NCBI RefSeq assembly: GCF_018977255.1
Contig: NW_024704743.1
Coordinates: 11,844,001-11,908,000, forward strand
DNA length: 64,000 bases
From: Callorhinchus milii
Lineage: Eukaryota
Reading direction: 5' to 3'
The stretch's first letter is position 1, and every line of letters starts with the position of its first letter. Below the pieces are notes generated by a model. It saw only the letters and a list, made by a program, of their open reading frames with translations. It was not told where the DNA came from and did not search any database. The translations under genes were made by a program, and so were the position numbers. Of the stretch, positions 1 through 12,713 are shown piece after piece.

Positions 1-242
1 AGGATTAAATCATCCTGACCAGTCTAGTAACATTTTTATAATCTGATGAGAGAGCTTCAATGCAGTGTTTACATCAATGCATAGCACTGCTGATAGCCAT
101 ATAGCTGAGCAGATGCAACAACACTGTTACCAACTCCGGCATCTCTTAATCTCTCTGTAAATTCAGTTTGGACAATTTGTGACCAAGCCAGAAAGACATC
201 TTGAGATATAAACACTTTTTTAAGATTGCAATGAAAAGATTA

Positions 243-954
243 AACAACAACAACAAGATTCCACTTATAGAGCACCTTTCACGTCGGGAGGACGTCCCAA
301 GGCGCTGGACAGCTGGGTCAGGACCCAAGCCTTGGGGGGAAAATGGTGAGGGGAGGGAAGGGAGGGAGCGAGGAGGGGGGAAATGGTCAGGGTGAGGGGA
401 GGGAAGGAGGGAGGGAGTGAGGAGGGGGTAGAGAGTCGAGAGGGGAGCTGAAGGCATGGTCAAAGAGAAAGGTCTTGAGACCGTCCTTGAAGGAGGAAAG
501 GGAGGAGGCGGCGAAGGCACTGGGGGATGGAGTTCCAGAGCCTAGGGGCTGAGAGGCTGAAGGCCCGGCCACCGATGGTAGGGCGGTTGGGGCGGGGGAT
601 GTGGAGGAGACCGGAGCCGGAGGAACGGAGGGTACGGGCAGGTAGGTAGGGGATAGTAGGTCAGAGAGGTAGGAGGGAGCAAGGCCGTGAATGGCCTTGT
701 AGGTGAGGATGAGGATCTTGAATTCGATCCTCTGGGGATGGGGAGCCAGTGGAGGCGAGCGAGGGTGGGAGTGATGTGGTCCCGAAGCCTGGTGCGGGAC
801 AGTACACGAGCTGCACAGTTCTGAATGACGTGCAGCTTGTGGAGGGAGGTGCCGGGAAGGCCGGCGAGGAGAGACATCCCATAGTCCAGCCTTGAGGTGA
901 TAAAGGCGTGGACCAGAGTTTCAGCAGCGTGAGGGGTGTGCCGTAGTCTGGCGA
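243..954 (-). mobile_element. L2-clade LINE, 5'-truncated, young subfamily, in XRCC2 intron
   Basis: (AAC)n tail at 243; minus-strand translation LHVIQNCAARVLSRTRLRDHITPTLARLHWLP is typical of the L2 ORF2 C-terminus; near-identical to copies at 6.8, 24, 32 and 40 kb. Confidence 0.9.
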
Positions 955-974
955 TTAAAATTGCTTAACAGTAA

Positions 975-1425
975 AACCAACAAAATACATTGCATCTTTC
1001 ACGTAGGGAGGGCAATCCAGAGCGCTGGACAGTCAAGGATTTGGACCAGAGCAGAGGGTTGGAATCAGGGGGAGTGGAGGGCAGGGTGGGAAGGGATGAG
1101 AGGGTGACCAAAGGTGTAGATGAATAGGAATGTCTTGAGACGGGCCTTGAAGGAGACAAGGGAAGGAGACAGGCAAAGGCAATGTGGGATGGACTTCCAC
1201 AGGGTGGTCACAGGGAAGCTGAAGGCCTGACCGCCGATGGTAGGGTGGGCCATGCGGGGGATGTGGAGCCTGCTGAGTGGAAGGAGCGGATGGAGTTATC
1301 AGATTACAGAGGTAGGGAGGACCAAGGCCGTGGAGGGCTTTGAAGGTAAAGATGATGATTTTGTATTCTGGTGAATGGGGAGTCAGTGGAGCTGGGCAAG
1401 AGTGATAGAGTCACGGAGCCTGGTG
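975..1425 (-). mobile_element. Older L2 3' fragment
   Basis: Degenerate TIGGQAFS..LWKSIP..SFKARLKTFLF on the minus strand. Confidence 0.75.
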
Positions 1426-2256
1426 CAGTACCAATTTCCGATTTCATAAGAAAATCCCAAGCAGACTCTATTGACATGAACACCAGTGAAGAAAAGCCCT
1501 TTACCACTGCAAAGATTAAGGTCCATCCCCCCCAGTCCCATTCCCCCACCCCAAATAAAAGAGTTCTTGATTATAACGAGAGAGAAACACCAGCGGTATG
1601 GAAATGCTCCAGCATATTATGAGATGTTAGTATTCAATTGGGCATGAAGCCCTGAAAGAATAAGTCAGCAAGGGTTTAACAATGGTTTGTGGGTAATCAT
1701 TGCAGCTATCATGTAAAATCGTGGAAAGCACGACAGTTTAAAAACAAAATCGATCCAGCAAATATGTGGACATGGATGTTAGGCAACCAGAGCACCAATG
1801 GTTAAAGGAAAGCAGGAACAAGCTCATAGAAACACAACACCTCTTACAAAGTCATTGTAGATGATCCAAGAAGGTTTAAAGAGTAAGAAGTTGCAGCCAC
1901 TGAATTTAAACTGAAACATTCATATTTCACCTCTTACAGTAATTGGAAGGCAGATCTGAGCAGCAGTTAATAATAATAATCCTTGCATTTGATATAGCAA
2001 CCTTCACAGGATATGCCTCGCAAGCAAGAGGACCCAGGTTCGATTCTAGGGTAGGACAAAACCTTAGGCAAGTTTCCTTACTCCACCTGCCTTTGTTGAC
2101 CGAGCAGTAAGTAGGAATCTGGTTGTTAGTCGATTGCCAGATCGCTTTTCCAGGGGTAATAATCCCTGCAAAATAATCCCTCCAAAACAAATGCAAGGAT
2201 TATTATAATTATTATTTTCCTATTGATGGTGTGGATTTCCTCTTATGCACTAACAG

Positions 2257-2993
2257 GAGACGCTGTTGAGTTTTACGGCCCAGAAGGAACAGGGAAATCT
2301 GAAATGCTGTATCACCTGGTCGTGTCCTGCATCCTGCCAGAATTAGCTGGGGGCCTGCAGGTGGAAGTGCTGTTTATCGACACTGATTACCACTTTGACA
2401 TGCTCCGCCTGGTCACCATTCTGGAACGCCGGCTGCCGCAGGGCACTGAGGACACGGTCAAAGGCTGCCTGAGCCGCCTGTATCTGGTTCAATGCGGGGG
2501 CAGTACCCAACTGCTGCTCCTCCTGCACTCCCTGGAGGCCTTGGTTTGCAGCCACCCTGCTCTCTGCTTGCTTATTGTGGACAGCATCTCCGCCTTCTAC
2601 TGGATGGACAGGCTCAGCGGTGGGGAGAGCATCAACCAACAGGAGGCCAGCCTGTGCCGCTGCATCGAGCACCTAGAGAAACTGCTGAGCGAATACCATT
2701 TGGTGTTGGTGGCAACCACACAAGCCCTCATGCATGTGCCAGGGTCCGGGGTGTACAAGTCTGATGGAGTTTCCGCTGCTTGGTTACCTCTCCTGAGCAC
2801 TGCTGCGCAGTATAAGCCGTACCTGTGCAAGTCCTGGCAAAGACTGGTCAAACATAGGCTGGTTTTCTCCAAGTGTAACAACAATGCAAGGGACAATAAG
2901 CTGGATTTCACCATTGTTTCTCTACATCCCAAAAGCAGTGTTGTGAGCAAGTGTGCTTTTACTGTTACTGATGGTGGGATCCAGTTTCTTTAA
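2257..2993 (+). CDS. XRCC2: XRCC2 (RAD51 paralog), last coding exon; upstream exons lie outside the window
   Basis: Translation GDAVEFYGPEGTGKSEMLYHL...EVLFIDTDYHFDMLRLVTILE...CSHPALCLLIVDSISAFYW...YKPYLCKSWQRLVKHRLVFSK closely follows vertebrate XRCC2 as I recall it (Walker A GPEGTGKS, Walker B LLIVD). Acceptor ...ctaacAG at 2255-2256 precedes the conserved part; TAA stop at 2991-2993. Confidence 0.95.
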
Positions 2994-3241
2994 CTCTTCT
3001 ACAGATTAAGAGTAATTGGTGAGGAGCAGAAGGAGAAAGAGCTTCTGTGATTTACAAGGGGGGGGTGGGGGGAGGTAATCACGTGCCTTTAACTTTGATC
3101 TGCTGCTAATTGTATTGGTTCAGTCGAGTCTGTTCATTGGAGGCGGGTAAATCTGAATGAGCTCATTCAACGAGGCAGGTAAATCTGATTAACCCTTTAA
3201 CTGTGGACTGACCTCCCCCACCCAATGAGGCCAAGTAAAGG

Positions 3242-3247
3242 AATAAA
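3242..3247 (+). promoter_or_regulatory. Candidate proximal polyadenylation signal of XRCC2
   Basis: AATAAA about 250 nt after the stop, followed by T/GT-rich sequence. Confidence 0.4.
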
Positions 3248-3440
3248 AATTTTCAGGAATTTTGGTTATGTATTTCAATGGAAACTGCTCATCTTGGTTT
3301 GGCTCAATGTGTAACAGGAAGGACTGATCGATGCATCGCCATTTGAAAGCTTTTCTGGTTAACGCCCACTGTAGGACCTGTCTTCAGTAGAGAGCGTTTG
3401 ATTGAATCAGCCCAGCAGAACACAAAAAATGCAGAATGTT

Positions 3441-3715
3441 AAAATAATAATAATAATCCTTGCATTTGATATAGCACCTTATCACATTGTTGAATATACT
3501 TTACAGTTGACTGTATATTTTGTGGGCGAAACCCAGTAGTCAATTGCACACAGCAGTGTCCCACAAACAGTCGTGGACTGAGTGACCAAATTTTTTAAAA
3601 GGGATAGTTACTCCCAGAAAGCGATCTGCCAATCAACTAACTATTGGGTTCCTACTTACTGCTAGGTAAACAGAGGCATGTGGAGTAAGGAAACTTGCCT
3701 AAGGTTTCGTCCTGC
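3441..3715 (-). mobile_element. tRNA-derived SINE (family A), partial, downstream of the XRCC2 stop
   Basis: (AAT)n-CCTTGCATTTGATATAGC tail and body matching full-length copies at 21781 and 30355. Confidence 0.85.
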
Positions 3716-4015
3716 CTTAAAATGTGCTATCAAGATGGAAATCGGATTGTACTAGTTTTTTTAATAAAATTATTTTAAAAGTGCTCGTCCCACATAATGG
3801 AAATGTGCAAACATGCCTTTTTTGTTTCACAAGCGTTGTCTGGTTTTGCACTCAAGACTGGCAAAGCGGCAGAAAAGTGGTTTATCAGATTAAACAGTGT
3901 AATTTTATATAAAATTAGTAAACGCTTGTACGGTACTGTACTTCAAGTCCCCAGTATTACAGGGTGAAACTTTGTATCAATACAGTCTGACTATTGCATA
4001 AAATCTTCCTGAAGC

Positions 4016-4111
4016 AATAAAAATTTTATTTAAAATACCCGCACGTGGTAAATGTGGAAAGGATTGGAATAAAGACAAGAAAAACGTTTATGCTGGGAAG
4101 TGGAAAATAAA
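4016..4111 (+). promoter_or_regulatory. Cluster of candidate distal polyadenylation signals of XRCC2
   Basis: AATAAA at 4016, 4068 and 4106 (another at 3763) in AT-rich non-repeat sequence. Confidence 0.45.
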
Positions 4112-4862
4112 ATGTGACCATTTTACTTCTGCGTCTCGCACATCACTAATTTTAGTATTGAGATATTTGAATCTCTTCTCAAATTGTATTTATAATTTGT
4201 TTATCCAATGCTGTGTTTTGCTCACAAAATATACAAAATATACAGTCAATTCACTTTACAGTATATCCTGTGAAGCGCTTTGAGATGTCTCAAAGACGTG
4301 ATAAGGCACTGTATCAAATGCAAGGATTATTATTTATAATTAATGCTTCAATCCAGTACAGCCATGCTTCAATTGAATACAGTAAACTATTGATAACTTG
4401 TCATTGCAATCGAAAAGGGCTCAGTGACAAGTTATCCAGAGGGTTGAGTGAGGCATATGTATGATACATAAATAAATGCAGCTGGAATATTGACAGCAAA
4501 ATGACTTAAGTGGTAGAGATAACTTAAGGCAGAGTTGAGTTACCAGAAGTTTATTGTAGTTATAATTATCCTTTTGTTACAACGCCTTTCACATCAGGAG
4601 GACACCTCAAAGTACTTCACAGAAAATACTGTAAAGTTTAGTCACTATTCTTTGTAGACAAATGCAGCAGCCAATTTGAGCACAGTAATGTCTCACAGAC
4701 AGCAATGAAGTGTGTGACCAGTTTTATCTGTCCCAGAAAGATGTAGAGACAGAATCTATACAGTTATTTAAAAAAGAGATGGTCAAATTGTTGGGTAGAA
4801 GAGGAATTAAGGGTTATTAGGATTAAAAGATCTACCAATATTTATGCAGAAATCCTAAGAAG

Positions 4863-5200
4863 AACAACAACAAAACTACATTTATAGAGCGCCTTTCACA
4901 TCAGGAGGACGTCCAAAAGCGCTGAACAGTCAGGTGTTGGGACCTGAGCATGGGGGAGGGGTGGTGTAGGGGTGAGGGAAGGCAGAGAGGTGGGAGGGAG
5001 ACCAAAGGCACGGTTGAATTGAAGGGTCTTGAGATCGGCTTTGAAGGAGGCAAGGGAGGATGCGAGGAGAAAGGACTGTGGGATGGAGTTCCAGAGTGTG
5101 AGGGAAGAGAGGCTGAAAGCCCGGCCACTGATGATAGGTCGGGTGGGAGACATGGAGCAGGCCGGAGCCTGATGAGTGGAGGAAGCAGGCAAATTGGTAC
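4863..5200 (-). mobile_element. L2 3' fragment
   Basis: (AAC)n tail; GRAFS..LWNSIPQS..SLASFKADLKT on the minus strand. Confidence 0.8.
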
Positions 5201-5217
5201 GGGCAAAAAAAAATAAA

Positions 5218-5515
5218 GATCTGACTACCTGGCTAAAAGAGTGGTGCGGAGGGCAGGGGTTTCATTTTATGGGCTACTGGCACCAGTATTGGGGGAGACA
5301 GGAGCTATTCCAAAGGAATGGACTCCACCTAAACAGGGCTGAATCAAAGTTATGAGCTAGGAGGGTTAAGAATGAGATTAGAAAAGACTCTTTCATGCAG
5401 ACAGTTGTAAAAATGCGAACTGTAATGACATTGGAAAGCCGTAGACGTAGAATCGATTGCTTTGGTTAAAAGGGAGATCAATGCTTGGGAAGTAAAGGCA
5501 TTAATAGGTATGGAG
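5218..5515 (+). mobile_element. CR1 remnant: ORF1 esterase C-terminus joined to a degenerate ORF2 3' end
   Basis: 5218-5350 translates DLTTWLKEWCGGQGFHFMGYWHQYWGRQELFQRNGLHLNRA (CR1 ORF1 SGNH-esterase-like end); the following bases resemble a decayed CR1 3' terminus. Confidence 0.65.
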
Positions 5516-5881
5516 AATAATAATAAAAATAATCTTTGCATTTGATATAGCGCTTTATCACATCGTTGAGACGTCTCAAAGTGTGTCACAGAATATATTC
5601 TAAAGTGACTTCACTGTATATTTTGTGGGCGAAACACAGCAGCCAATTGTGCACAGCAGTGTCCAACAAACAGTCATGGATTGAATGACATTTTTTTGTA
5701 AGGATTATTACCCCCGGAAAGCGATCCACCAATGGACTAACAACTGAGCTCTACTCACTGCTAGGTAAACAGATGCGTGTAGAGTATGGGAACTTGCCTA
5801 CGATTTCACCCTGCCCGAGAATCGAACCTCGGTTCTTTCGCTTGTGAGGCAAGTTCTCTAACCAACATGCTACAGGACTCC
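5516..5881 (-). mobile_element. Full-length tRNA-derived SINE (family A)
   Basis: Minus strand starts GGAGTCCTGTAGC, has B box GGTTCGATTC, a Deu-like centre and an (ATT)n tail. Confidence 0.9.
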
Positions 5882-5903
5882 TAAGAAGACGGGATAATAA
5901 GGA

Positions 5904-8900
5904 CATAAGAATTAGGAGCAGGAATAGGCCATTCGGCCCCTCGAGCCTGCCCCGCCATTCGATAAGATCATGGCTGATCTTCTGACCTAACTCTAATTAC
6001 CTGTCCTATCCCCATATCCCCTGATCCCTCTTTTTTTAAAATTTATCAGTCTCAGCCTTGAAAATGTTCAAGGATTGAGCATCTACAGCCTTCTGGGGTA
6101 GTGAATTCCATAAATTCACTACCCTCTGAGTGAAGAAATGTTTCCTCCACCCTGTTCTAAAAGGCTGACCCTTAATTTTAAGACTGTGACCCCTGGTTAT
6201 AGATTCTCCTACCAGAGGAAACAGACCCTCAGTGTCTACTTTATCAGCCCTTTAAGAATCATGTTTCAATAAGATCTCCCCTAATTTTTCTGTACTCTAG
6301 AGAATACAGCCCTAGTTTATTCAGCCTATCCTCATAGGTCAGTTCCCTCATCCCAGGAACTAACCGAGTGAATCTACGCGGCAAGTATGTCCTTTTTTAA
6401 ATAAGGAGCCAAAACTGCACACAATACTCTAGGTGCGGTCTCACCAAGGCCCTATACAGTTGCAGCAAGGCTTCCCTACTCTTGTACTCTAATCCTTTTG
6501 CAATGAAGGCTAATCATGCCGTTCGCCTTCTTAGTTGCTTACTGCACCTGCAAACTAACGTTTTGGTGTACAAGGATACCCAAATCCCTCTGAACACTAA
6601 CACTATCTAATCTCTTCCCCTCTAGAAAAGAATCTGTTTTTCTAGGTGAATAACTTCACACTTCCCCACATTAAATTCCATCTGCCACCTACTCGCCCAC
6701 TCCCCTAGCCTATCTATATCCCATTGCAATCTTTTTGCATCATCCTGAGAGCTTACTCTCCCAACCTAGTTTAGTATCATCCGAGAATTTAGATACGTTA
6801 CATTCAATGTCCTTGAGTGGTTCAGGTCCTACCTCTCCCACAGTCTTCATTTTGTCTCCGCTAATGGCTTTTCCTCCAGCCCCCGCACTGTCTCGTGCGG
6901 TGTCCCTCAGGGATCTGTCCTCGGTCCCCTCCTCTTTCACCCTCTATATGCTCCCCCTGTGGTGACATCATCCGCAGACATGGGGTTAACTTCCACATGT
7001 ATGCGGATGACACCCAACTCTACCTTTCCTCCTCTACCCTCAACTCCACGACCACCGATGTCCTGACAGCTGCCTGTCCGACATCGAGTCCTGGACGAGA
7101 GACAACTTTCTTCAGCTCAACGTGCGAAAAACCGAGGCCCTCCTGATTGGCTCACGTCAGCGCCTCCGCACCTCAGGCGCTGACAGCATCAGCATCTAAG
7201 GCTGCACTCTCCACCTCTCAAAGCCAGTCAGGAACCTCGGGGTTCTGTTTGACCCTGAGCTGCCCTTTCTTCCTCATATCTGCCTTCCATCACCTCCGGA
7301 ATATCGCCAGACTATGGCACTACCTCACCCCTCACGCTGCTGAAACACTGGTCCACGCCTTTATCACTTCAAGGCTGGACCATGGGAACTCTCTTCTCGT
7401 CGGCCTTCCCGGCACCTCCCTCCACAAGCTGCAGGTCATTCAGAACTCTGCAGCTCGTGTACTGTCCCGCACCAGGCTTCGTGACCACATCACTCCCACC
7501 CTCGCTCGCCTCCACTGGCTCCCCATCCCCCAGAGGATCGAATTCAAGATCCTCATCCTCACCTACAAGGCCATTCACGGCCTTGCTCCCTCCTACCTCT
7601 CCGACCTACTATCCCCCTACCTACCTGCCCGTACCCTCCGTTCCTCTGGCTCCGGTCTGCTCCACACTCCCCGCCCTAACATCGGTGGCCGGGCCTTCAG
7701 CCTCTCAGCCTCTCGGCTCTGGAACTCCATCCCCCAGTGCCTTCGCCTTGCTTCCTCCCTTTCCTCCTTCAAGCCGGTCGCAAGACCTTTCTCTTTGACC
7801 GTGCCTTCAGCTCCCCTCTTGACTCTCTACCCCCTCCTTGCTCCCTTCCCTCCCCTCACCCTGACCATTTCCCCCCTGCTTGGGTCCTGATCCAACTGTC
7901 CAGTGCCTTGGGATGTCCTCCCGACACGAAAGGCGCTCTATAGATGAAATCTTGTTGTTGTTGTTGCAGCTCATTGATGTAAATGGTAAATAGCTGAGGC
8001 CCAAGCACTGATCCTTGTGGCACTCCACTAGTCACATCCTGCCAATTCGGGAACGACCCGTTTATCCCTATTCTCTGTTTTCTACCCGTTAGCCACTCTT
8101 CAATCCATGCTAATATGTTCCCATTAATCCCGTGGGCCTTAACCTTGTGCAATAGCCTTTTGTGTGGCACTTTGTCAAATGCCTTCTTAAAATCTAAATA
8201 TACTGCATCTTCTGGTTACCCCCTACGTAACCTGTTAGATACATCTTCAAAAAACTCTTAAAAGATTAGTTAAGCATGACTTCCCTTTTGTAAAGCCATG
8301 TTGACTCTGCCTAATCTTGTTATGGTCTTCCAGGAATCCCATAACGACATCCTTAATTAAGGACTCAAGAATTTTCCCTACCACTGATGTCAGACTAACT
8401 GGTTTATAGTTCCCCATCTTTTCTCTCCCACCCTTCTTAAATAGTGGTGTTATGTTTGCAATCTTCCAATCAATGGGAACCGTTCCAGAATCCAGAGAAT
8501 TTTGGAAGATCAAAGACAAGCCATCCACTATCTCAGTAGCCACCTCTTTTAAAACCCTAGGATGTAGGCCATCAGGTCCAGGGGATTTATCAGTTTTAAG
8601 ACCTGACAATTTACCTAAAACCATTTCTTTACTAATATTAATTCCCCCAAGTTGCTCGCTAACATTATCTTCTTGGTTCCCCTCTATTCTTGGTAGGTTT
8701 TCAGTGTCTTCTAAGGTGAAGACAGCAGCAAAGTACTTGTTTAATGACTCTGCTATGTCTTTGTTCCCTACTATAATTCCCCCCGTCTCTGCCTCTAACG
8801 GACCCACATTTACCTTTGACAGCCTCTTCCTCTTTATATATTTATAAAAACTCTTGCAGTCTGTCTTTATGTTCCTCGCTAGTTTGCCCTCATATTCCAT

Positions 8901-10157
8901 TTTCTCCCTCTTAATCACTTTTTTGGTTCTCCTTTGTTGATCCCTAAAGTTCTCCCAATCCTCAGGTTTACTACTCATCTTAGCTGTTTTATAGGCTTCT
9001 TCCTTTAACTTTATACTTTCCCTAACTGCTCTAGTTAGCCACGGTTGGGCCACCTTTCCCGTGGCATTCTTATTCCTCAAAGGAATACGTGCTCGCTGGG
9101 AATTTTGCACTATCTCCTTAAATGTCTGCCATTGCTGGTCTACTGTCAAATCCTTAAGTCTAATTTCCCAGTTTATTTTAGCTAAATCCTCTCTCATACC
9201 AGCAAAGTTGGCTCTACTTAAATTTAAGACCTTTGCTTCAGACTTAACTACTTCTCTCTCTAACTTAATGCTAAATTCCATCATATTATGATCACTTTGC
9301 CCTGGAGGAAGCTTAAGTTCCAGTTTGCTGATCAGCCCTGCTTCATTACACAAAACAAGGTCTAATATGGCCTGTTCCCTGGTTGGCTCCTCGGCATACT
9401 GATCTGGATAATTATCCCTAATACATTCTATGAACTCTTCCTCTATCTTACTTTTTCCAATTTGGTTGTCACAGTCTATATGCAGAATAAAATTGCCCAC
9501 AATTAATGTTTTTCCTTTGCTACATGCTCCACTAATTTTCTGATTTATACCTTGAGAGATACTGTGACTGGTGTTCGGGGGTCTATAAACTACTCCTACT
9601 AGAGTTTTCTGCCCCTTGTCTACCCATATTGAGAGGTACTCAGTATTCTTCTACTTCCTGTTTTTCTGATTTAAAATCTTTCCTCTCTACTGTTTTTACC
9701 CCATCCTTTATTAGCAGGGCCACCCTCCCTCCTCGTTTACCACATCGCCTATCTTTCCTATACATCACGTACCCTGGAATATTTAACTCCCACCCTTGAT
9801 TTCCCTGTAACCATGTTCTTGATCATGGCTACTAGATCATACCCATTTGTTTCTATTTGTGCATTTAGTTCATCTATCTTGTTTCAAATGCTTTGCACAT
9901 TCAGATATAGTGCCCTTAATTCTGACTTCAGGCTATTAGGCCTATTCACCAGTACCCTATCCCTGGGCTTCTTTTCCCTGCTTGACACACTTTGCTCATC
10001 TCCGTTGTTAATCTGCTCTCCCACTTTCATCGGTCCTAATTTTAATTGTGACAGATTACATGTGATTGATTTTACCCCGCTCTCCCCCCACACCCTTAAG
10101 TAGTTTAAAGCCCTGTCTATCTCCCTATTTATTTGTGTTGCCAGGACATTTGTCTCT
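5904..10157 (-). mobile_element. CR1-clade LINE: ORF1 end plus near full-length disrupted ORF2 (endonuclease + RT), interrupted by an L2 at 6808-7966
   Basis: LRALYLNVQSI (EN start), ILDLVLCN/SDHN (EN), [53 protein letters not shown]1-type 3' end ...CCTAATTCTTATG ending at 5904. Confidence 0.92.
6808..7966 (+). mobile_element. L2-clade LINE, 5'-truncated, nested in CR1
   Basis: [18 protein letters not shown] motif, L2 C-terminus, (TTG)n tail ending at 7966; CR1 RT sequence resumes on both sides. Confidence 0.93.
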
Positions 10158-10518
10158 GTGACAGGGAGCCAATGGAGTTTGGCAAGGACCGGAGTAATTG
10201 TGGTATGAGGTTTGGTGCGGGTGAGAATGTGGGCGGCAGAGTTTTGAATGAGCTGGATTTTGTGGATAGTGGAGGCGAGACCGGCGAGCAGGGCGTTAGA
10301 GTAGTCCAGCTGAGAGATTACAAAGGCATGGACAAGGGTTTCAGCAGCTTTTGGGGTGAGGTATTGTCGAAGACGGGCAATGTGGCGGAGGTGGAAGAAT
10401 GCCGTGCTGGGCAGGGACTGGAAACCAGACTGGAGGGGTTTGAGAAGGGTGTGGAGGGAGAGGTGTGCGCGAAGTCGTTTGGCAACAGCACGTTCCAGAG
10501 CTTTGGCCAGGAAGGGCA
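10158..10518 (-). mobile_element. Older L2 fragment with internal deletion
   Basis: PFLAKALERAV..PLQSGF joined directly to TAFFHLRHIARLR..LHWLPV. Confidence 0.8.
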
Positions 10519-11539
10519 TGTAATAATAATAAGAATCCTTGCATTTGATATAGTGCCTTATCACTTTTTTGAGATGTCTCAAATCATTTCACAGAACATA
10601 CTATAAAGTGAATTGACTATTTTATGGGCGATACGTGGAAGCCAATTGTGCACAGCAATGTCCCAACAACAACAATTTGCATTTATATAGCGCCCCTCAC
10701 GCAGGGTAGCATCCCATAAACATTCATGTATATATTGTGGATCAAGGCATCAGGTGCACACAAAACCTCAATGTTTTTGTCATAGATTATCTGATCATTC
10801 AGTAGAATGTATTCTTCCTTTTGAAAGCTTTAAGTTCACAAATTCCACACAGAACCAATAGGAGAAAAGAAGGCCTCCGTTGAATAGAAGGTTGAGCCTG
10901 TTGCCTCTGGCGGGTCTAACTTCGTTGAGCTGTGGAGAAACTCTGTCTTTAGTTTGAAGGAGGGAGGAAAATGGCTATGCACAGTCCTCCTGAAGTATTC
11001 TCACTGGAGTCGTCTACCGAGACATGTCGTTTTTCACTCCTCCTTTCACTGCATCACAGAAACCCTCCAAGAGAAAAGGCTCTTCATTCTCACACCTCTC
11101 TTTCTATCCCCTGCATTAGAACCAGGTCACGTTGCCTAACTTAGCCTCGAGGCAAATCTTCCAAGAACCTTTTGATGTCACATACCCAATGAATTGCAGA
11201 TTTCTATTTCATCTTTTACTGTGTAGTTGATGTCTCCGGGACTGCAGCTGCAGTGTATTTAGTGGAGAATTGGGTGTTCCTACTCACAATGCCATTGCGG
11301 TTTAGTGTGGCTGTTAACTGCAGAACCAAGATGGAAATTGTTTGTTGTTAAAAAAAGGAAGGTAAAAGTAGGCAGTACTTGTCTTCTAAATTTTCAACAG
11401 TTATTAAATATCCAATTTGACAATATAAATAATATGAACACTTACATTTGGTATAACACCTTTCATGTTGGGAAGATGTTACAAAGAGTTTCACGGGATA
11501 TACCGTAGAGTCCAGTGACTCAATAACCGCTGCTAGCGT

Positions 11540-12322
11540 CCTTCGGATGAGAAGTTAAACTGAGGTCCCATCTGCCTGTTCAGGCAGATGTTAAAGATGC
11601 ACTATTCGAAAAGAGAAGGGAGTCTCTCTCCCTGTATCCCGGTCAACAACCGCCCAAAATGAAAAAAAATTGTTCACTCCGGCTATTTATGGGAAACTGC
11701 TGTTCACAACTGGCTGCTGTGTTTCACCCACAAAATACACAATCAATCCATTTTACAATATATTCTGTAAAGTGCTTTGAGGCGTCTCAATGATGTGAGA
11801 AAGTGTTAGATCAAATGCAAGAATTATTATTATGCTTTATGGGTGAACACAGCAGCCAATTAGCGCACAGCAATGTCCCACAAACAGCGTGAAGTAAATA
11901 ACTAATTGTATCTGGATGATTGTTGACCAGAATAGCGGGAGAAATGCCCTACTCTTTGTGAATAGTGTTGTGGGATCCTTAATATCCACCTGAACAGGCA
12001 TAGAATCATCAAATTATACAGCACAGAAGGAGGCCATTCGGCTCATCATGTCTGTGCCAGTTCTTTGAAAAGAGCTTCTAAATCAATCCCACCCCCCCTC
12101 TCTCCCCATAGCCCTGCAAACTTGTCCTCCACAAATAATTATCTACTCTCTTAAAAGTTGTTATCGAATCGGCATTCGGGCCCTCAGCTTAACGTCTCAT
12201 CCAAACAGCAGCACCTCTAACAATCAGCCTAGATTTTTAGTTTGAAGGCCCGATATGAGGCTTGAACCAACAGCTTTCTGGCTCGTAGGTGAGAGTGCTA
12301 CCAAAAGAGTCAACCTGACACT
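11540..12322. mobile_element. Tail-to-tail pair of Deu-type SINEs (family B) with a short CR1 3' end nested at about 12001-12170
   Basis: Plus copy 11540-11832 and minus copy 11833-12322 match the family B copy at 57549. Confidence 0.7.
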
Positions 12323-12339
12323 TAAAATACACTTTTTAA

Positions 12340-12713
12340 AATAATAATAATAATCTTTGCACTTGATATAGTGCCTTATAAAGTCTTTGAGATGTCTCAA
12401 AGCACTTCACAGAATATAATGTAAAGTGAATTGACTGTATTTTGTGGGCGAAACGCAGCAGCCAATTGCACAGTGTCCCACAAACAGTTGTGGATTGAGT
12501 TACCAAATCATTTTTTAAAAAAAAATTTGAAGGGATTATTACCCTGGAAAGCAATCCGCCCATCGACTAACAACCGGGTTCCTACTTACTGCTAGGTAAA
12601 CAGAGGCGTGTGGAGTAAGGAAACTTGCCTTAGGTTTTGCCCCGTCCGGGGAATCGAACCCAGGTGCTCTCAGTTGCGAGGCAAGTGCTCTAACCGATAT
12701 ACTTCAGGACTCC
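12340..12713 (-). mobile_element. Full-length tRNA-derived SINE (family A)
   Basis: GGAGTCCTG head, B box GGTTCGATTCCC, (ATT)n tail. Confidence 0.9.

Noticed and set aside
2223..2256. N-terminus MMVWISSYALT as the XRCC2 start or an intronless retrocopy
   Set aside because: Similarity to XRCC2 begins at the CAG acceptor (2254-2256); the upstream codons are intron next to a SINE tail
8247..9500. 417-aa ORF as a domesticated or active RT gene
   Set aside because: Part of a CR1 ORF2 with stops, frameshifts and an L2 insertion in the RT domain
9884..10582. 232-aa ORF as a novel fusion gene
   Set aside because: Chance in-frame join of a SINE tail, an L2 fragment and a CR1 fragment
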